Assembly: GCF_021028975.2 (NCBI RefSeq)
Contig: NC_059437.1
Location: forward strand, 35,464,001 to 35,528,000
Source of the DNA: Sphaerodactylus townsendi
Taxonomy: Eukaryota
Length of the DNA: 64,000 nt
Reading direction: 5' to 3'
A model generated the notes under the pieces. The model searched no databases. It was not told where the DNA came from and saw only the letters and a program-made list of their open reading frames with translations. Of the stretch, positions 61,629 to 64,000 are shown one piece after another. The position numbers were made by a program, and so were the translations under genes. Every line of letters begins with the position of its first letter. Within the stretch, counting starts at the first letter, position 1.

Positions 61629-62117
61629 CATCCCTCCTCCCACGCGACGCCCGGCAGCCTCCCGTGGCTCCTCGGCAGAGCTCCTGGGTGGCGCAGGGGG
61701 GGGAACCGCCAGCATGGCCGTGATCCCCGCGCCGCGCCTCCTCTCTCCCTCCTCTCCGTGCGCCGCCGCCGCCGCCGCCGGCAGCGCCTCCTGCTCGTCG
61801 AGCCGGGCAGCCCGCCCCCGCCGGATCCCGGGGCGCCCCTGGCCGCTTCCTCCGCCCCCGATCGGGTTTCCCAGGCGCTCCGGGGGCGCACCCGGTCCCC
61901 CCACCCCCCCCTCTCCCCCTCGCCATGGATGGAGGAGTTCCGGAGGACTCGGAGAGCGGCGGCCCGATCCTCTCCCCGCGCCGTCCCCGGCCCTGCCTCC
62001 TGCGCCGTCCCCGGCCACTTCTCGCCTTCGCGCGAGCGTTTTTACGCCTCCTTTTGAAAAAACTGGGTACATTTGCTAATGGTTGCATGTTCTGGTTCTG
62101 ATTCCCTCCTTTCCTAG

Positions 62118-62166
62118 CTATGAATGTTCATCCGGAGGACTGGAGGCCTGGCAAGAGCCACGCAAG
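62118..62166 (+). CDS. MSI1: MSI1 exon 2 (KMFIGGLSWQTTQ), frameshifted by apparent insertions
   Basis: ttcctag|...ATG TTC ATC c GGA GGA CTG...TGG CA...ACG CAA G|gtgagc; 49 nt versus 41 nt needed for the conserved peptide. Confidence 0.75.
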
Positions 62167-62704
62167 GTGAGCGGCAACCGGGGGAGGGGGGGGGCGCGCG
62201 GGGAGAGCCAGGGGGCGAACTGGAGGCTGCCCTTGGCCCCATCATTGGCTGGGTTCGGTTCTGGCCCGGTGGCACCTGCAGTCCAAACTTTCCCACAGCT
62301 CTTCCTCTCCGGTGTGACTTAAAACCGGTGCAGGATTCTCGGAGGTGCCTTTTAACGGGAAGGGGTTTGCAGTCGAGACCGTCGCACCCCCCCTCCCCCC
62401 CTGCGCATGTGGGTCTTTGTGATCTGCTTTGGGGAAGGGGCGGTGGTGGTTCCTCCTCCTGTTTCGCAGGCAGGGACTTGGCGGTTTGCTCTGCCGGGGT
62501 CACGCGTCCAGCCCCTGCTCCATCCTGCACTTGGGCTGCAGAATGTTTTGTGGGCTCTAACCCAGCAAAGATCTGATAATCTCACCCCCCCTCCCACCCC
62601 CTTTCTGTGGGATGTGGGGAGGAGGGAGGGGAAAGGCCTGGAGGGAGGAGTGGGCATTGTCACCTGCATGGGGACCCATTGGTGGCCTTGTGTTGTTCTT
62701 GCAG

Positions 62705-62786
62705 AAGGCTTGCGGGAGTATTTCAGCCAGTTTGGCGAGGTGAAGGAGTGCCTGGTCATGAGGGACCCGCTGACAAAGCGTTCCAG
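62705..62786 (+). CDS. MSI1: MSI1 exon 3 (RRM1)
   Basis: ttcttgcag|AA GGC TTG...TCC AG|gtgagg; [28 protein letters not shown], intact. Confidence 0.95.
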
Positions 62787-62900
62787 GTGAGGTGCCCTCG
62801 CATTGCTCCTCCCGGTAACATGAGCCCGCCTGCCACCATTCTAACCAACTTTCTTTTCTCTGTGTGTGTGCTTTCCTGGCCTCTTGGTTTTGGGATGCAG

Positions 62901-62996
62901 GGGGATTCGGGTTTGTCCACCTTCATGGACCAGGCTAGGCGTGGACAAGGTTCTGGCCCAGGAAATCCAGACACGCAGACTTGACTCCCAAGGACG
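62901..62996 (+). CDS. MSI1: MSI1 exon 4 ([28 protein letters not shown]), frameshifted by apparent insertions; gene continues beyond the window
   Basis: gcag|...|gtgagt; RNP1 codons recognisable; 96 nt versus 85 nt needed. Confidence 0.85.
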
Positions 62997-64000
62997 GTGA
63001 GTCTCTTTTTCCTATCTTATACCTCTATATTGATTGGCAAATGGATCAGAACTGTCATATTTGATCATCAGTTATTGACTACTGATGGTATCATTGGTCA
63101 AGCCTAGAATTATTAGATTTGGGAACCAGCTTCAAGTGTGATTTGAGCAGGAGTTACGCAAAAGTGCGTGCCAGGGGTTAGGGAGGTTTTTTAAACTTTA
63201 TTTTGGTTGTTTTATATATTTGTCTTTGAGAGACAAAGGCTTAGGGATTGGTGATGAACTGGGACAGTCAAGGTAAGATGTATTTGATGGAAAGACAGGT
63301 GTAATGCTGATGGATTTGGGAGACAGGAGCTACTATGTACCCCTTTGACCCTTCCCCCTCTTATACTGTGGTATGCCCTGGAGCTTGTACCAATTGAAGA
63401 CTACCTTGGAGAACACTGGACCTTTCTCTGAAAGTTGGGATTATTCTTCTTAATTACCCATATCTCCATCTTTGGCAGGTAGCTGTTACAGAGGGCCACA
63501 TGAAAATGCAGATTTGATGTACAGGATAAGTTCCAACCTATAGATCTCAATCCACCAGGAAGTTTCCTGCACAACCTTCATTTAAATGAACTGGAGTTGT
63601 ATAAGAGCACACTAATTAAACTGTCTTAATTAGTGGGAAGGGGGATTTGATTTGGATTTCTTCCTTAAAATGAGCCAGCTTAGGTTGGCTCCCAAAGAGC
63701 TGGATCTACAGACCTCTGTTGTAGCCCCTTCTCTATTTTAACTTAAGCTCTTTGCTTTTCAAAAGAGAATTCTGTGTGACACAAGCTAGTACAGAATTCA
63801 TGTCCAGACATCTTGAAGTTCTCCCTTTTCATCTCAGGTGCTGAGAAAGAGATCTGTAGTGGCTATGTTGCAGTTTTTCTGTACGTGCACAGGGGGCAGT
63901 TCTTCATATGCTCTGGAATCATGCTCTGATAGTGTAAATGGGTTCTGAGACTGAGTTCTGACTCCAAATGATGATTTGTAGCTCCTAGAATAAACTTTTT

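Larger units (their letters stand above)
60780..62420. promoter_or_regulatory. MSI1 promoter/5' CpG island
   Basis: Very high GC and CpG density spanning MSI1 exons 1-2. Confidence 0.9.

Noticed and set aside
60778-62088. Long overlapping ORFs (223-428 aa) on both strands
   Set aside because: By-product of the stop-poor CpG island; low-complexity Pro/Arg/Gly translations. Only the MSI1 exon 1 peptide is recognisable.

Overview
Vertebrate genomic DNA. The SINE, hAT and Harbinger repeat content suggests a squamate, most likely a gecko (inference). The window holds the conserved cluster SRSF9(+; exons 2-4) - GATC(-; complete, 4 exons, 147 aa) - TRIAP1(+; complete, 2 exons, 76 aa) - COX6A1(-; complete, 3 exons, 115 aa). 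A ~37 kb gene-free, transposon-rich interval follows, then the CpG island and exons 1-4 of MSI1(+). Gene order and relative orientation match the human 12q24 block. I found no convincing new multi-gene system and no prokaryotic-type features. The items most worth follow-up are: (1) a 33-nt U2 snRNA retro-fragment with a target-site duplication (TSD), antisense in the probable TRIAP1 3' UTR; (2) a 130-bp two-hairpin element duplicated on either side of the last GATC coding exon; (3) a candidate poison exon in SRSF9 intron 2; (4) a GC-AG intron in TRIAP1; (5) repeated nesting of young hAT MITEs into one host repeat family; (6) two non-repeat, GC-rich candidate MSI1 enhancers. MSI1 exons 2 and 4 and its start codon are corrupted in a pattern typical of uncorrected long-read insertion errors. 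Repeat family names come from terminal inverted repeat (TIR) and TSD structure plus recall, not from a database search.
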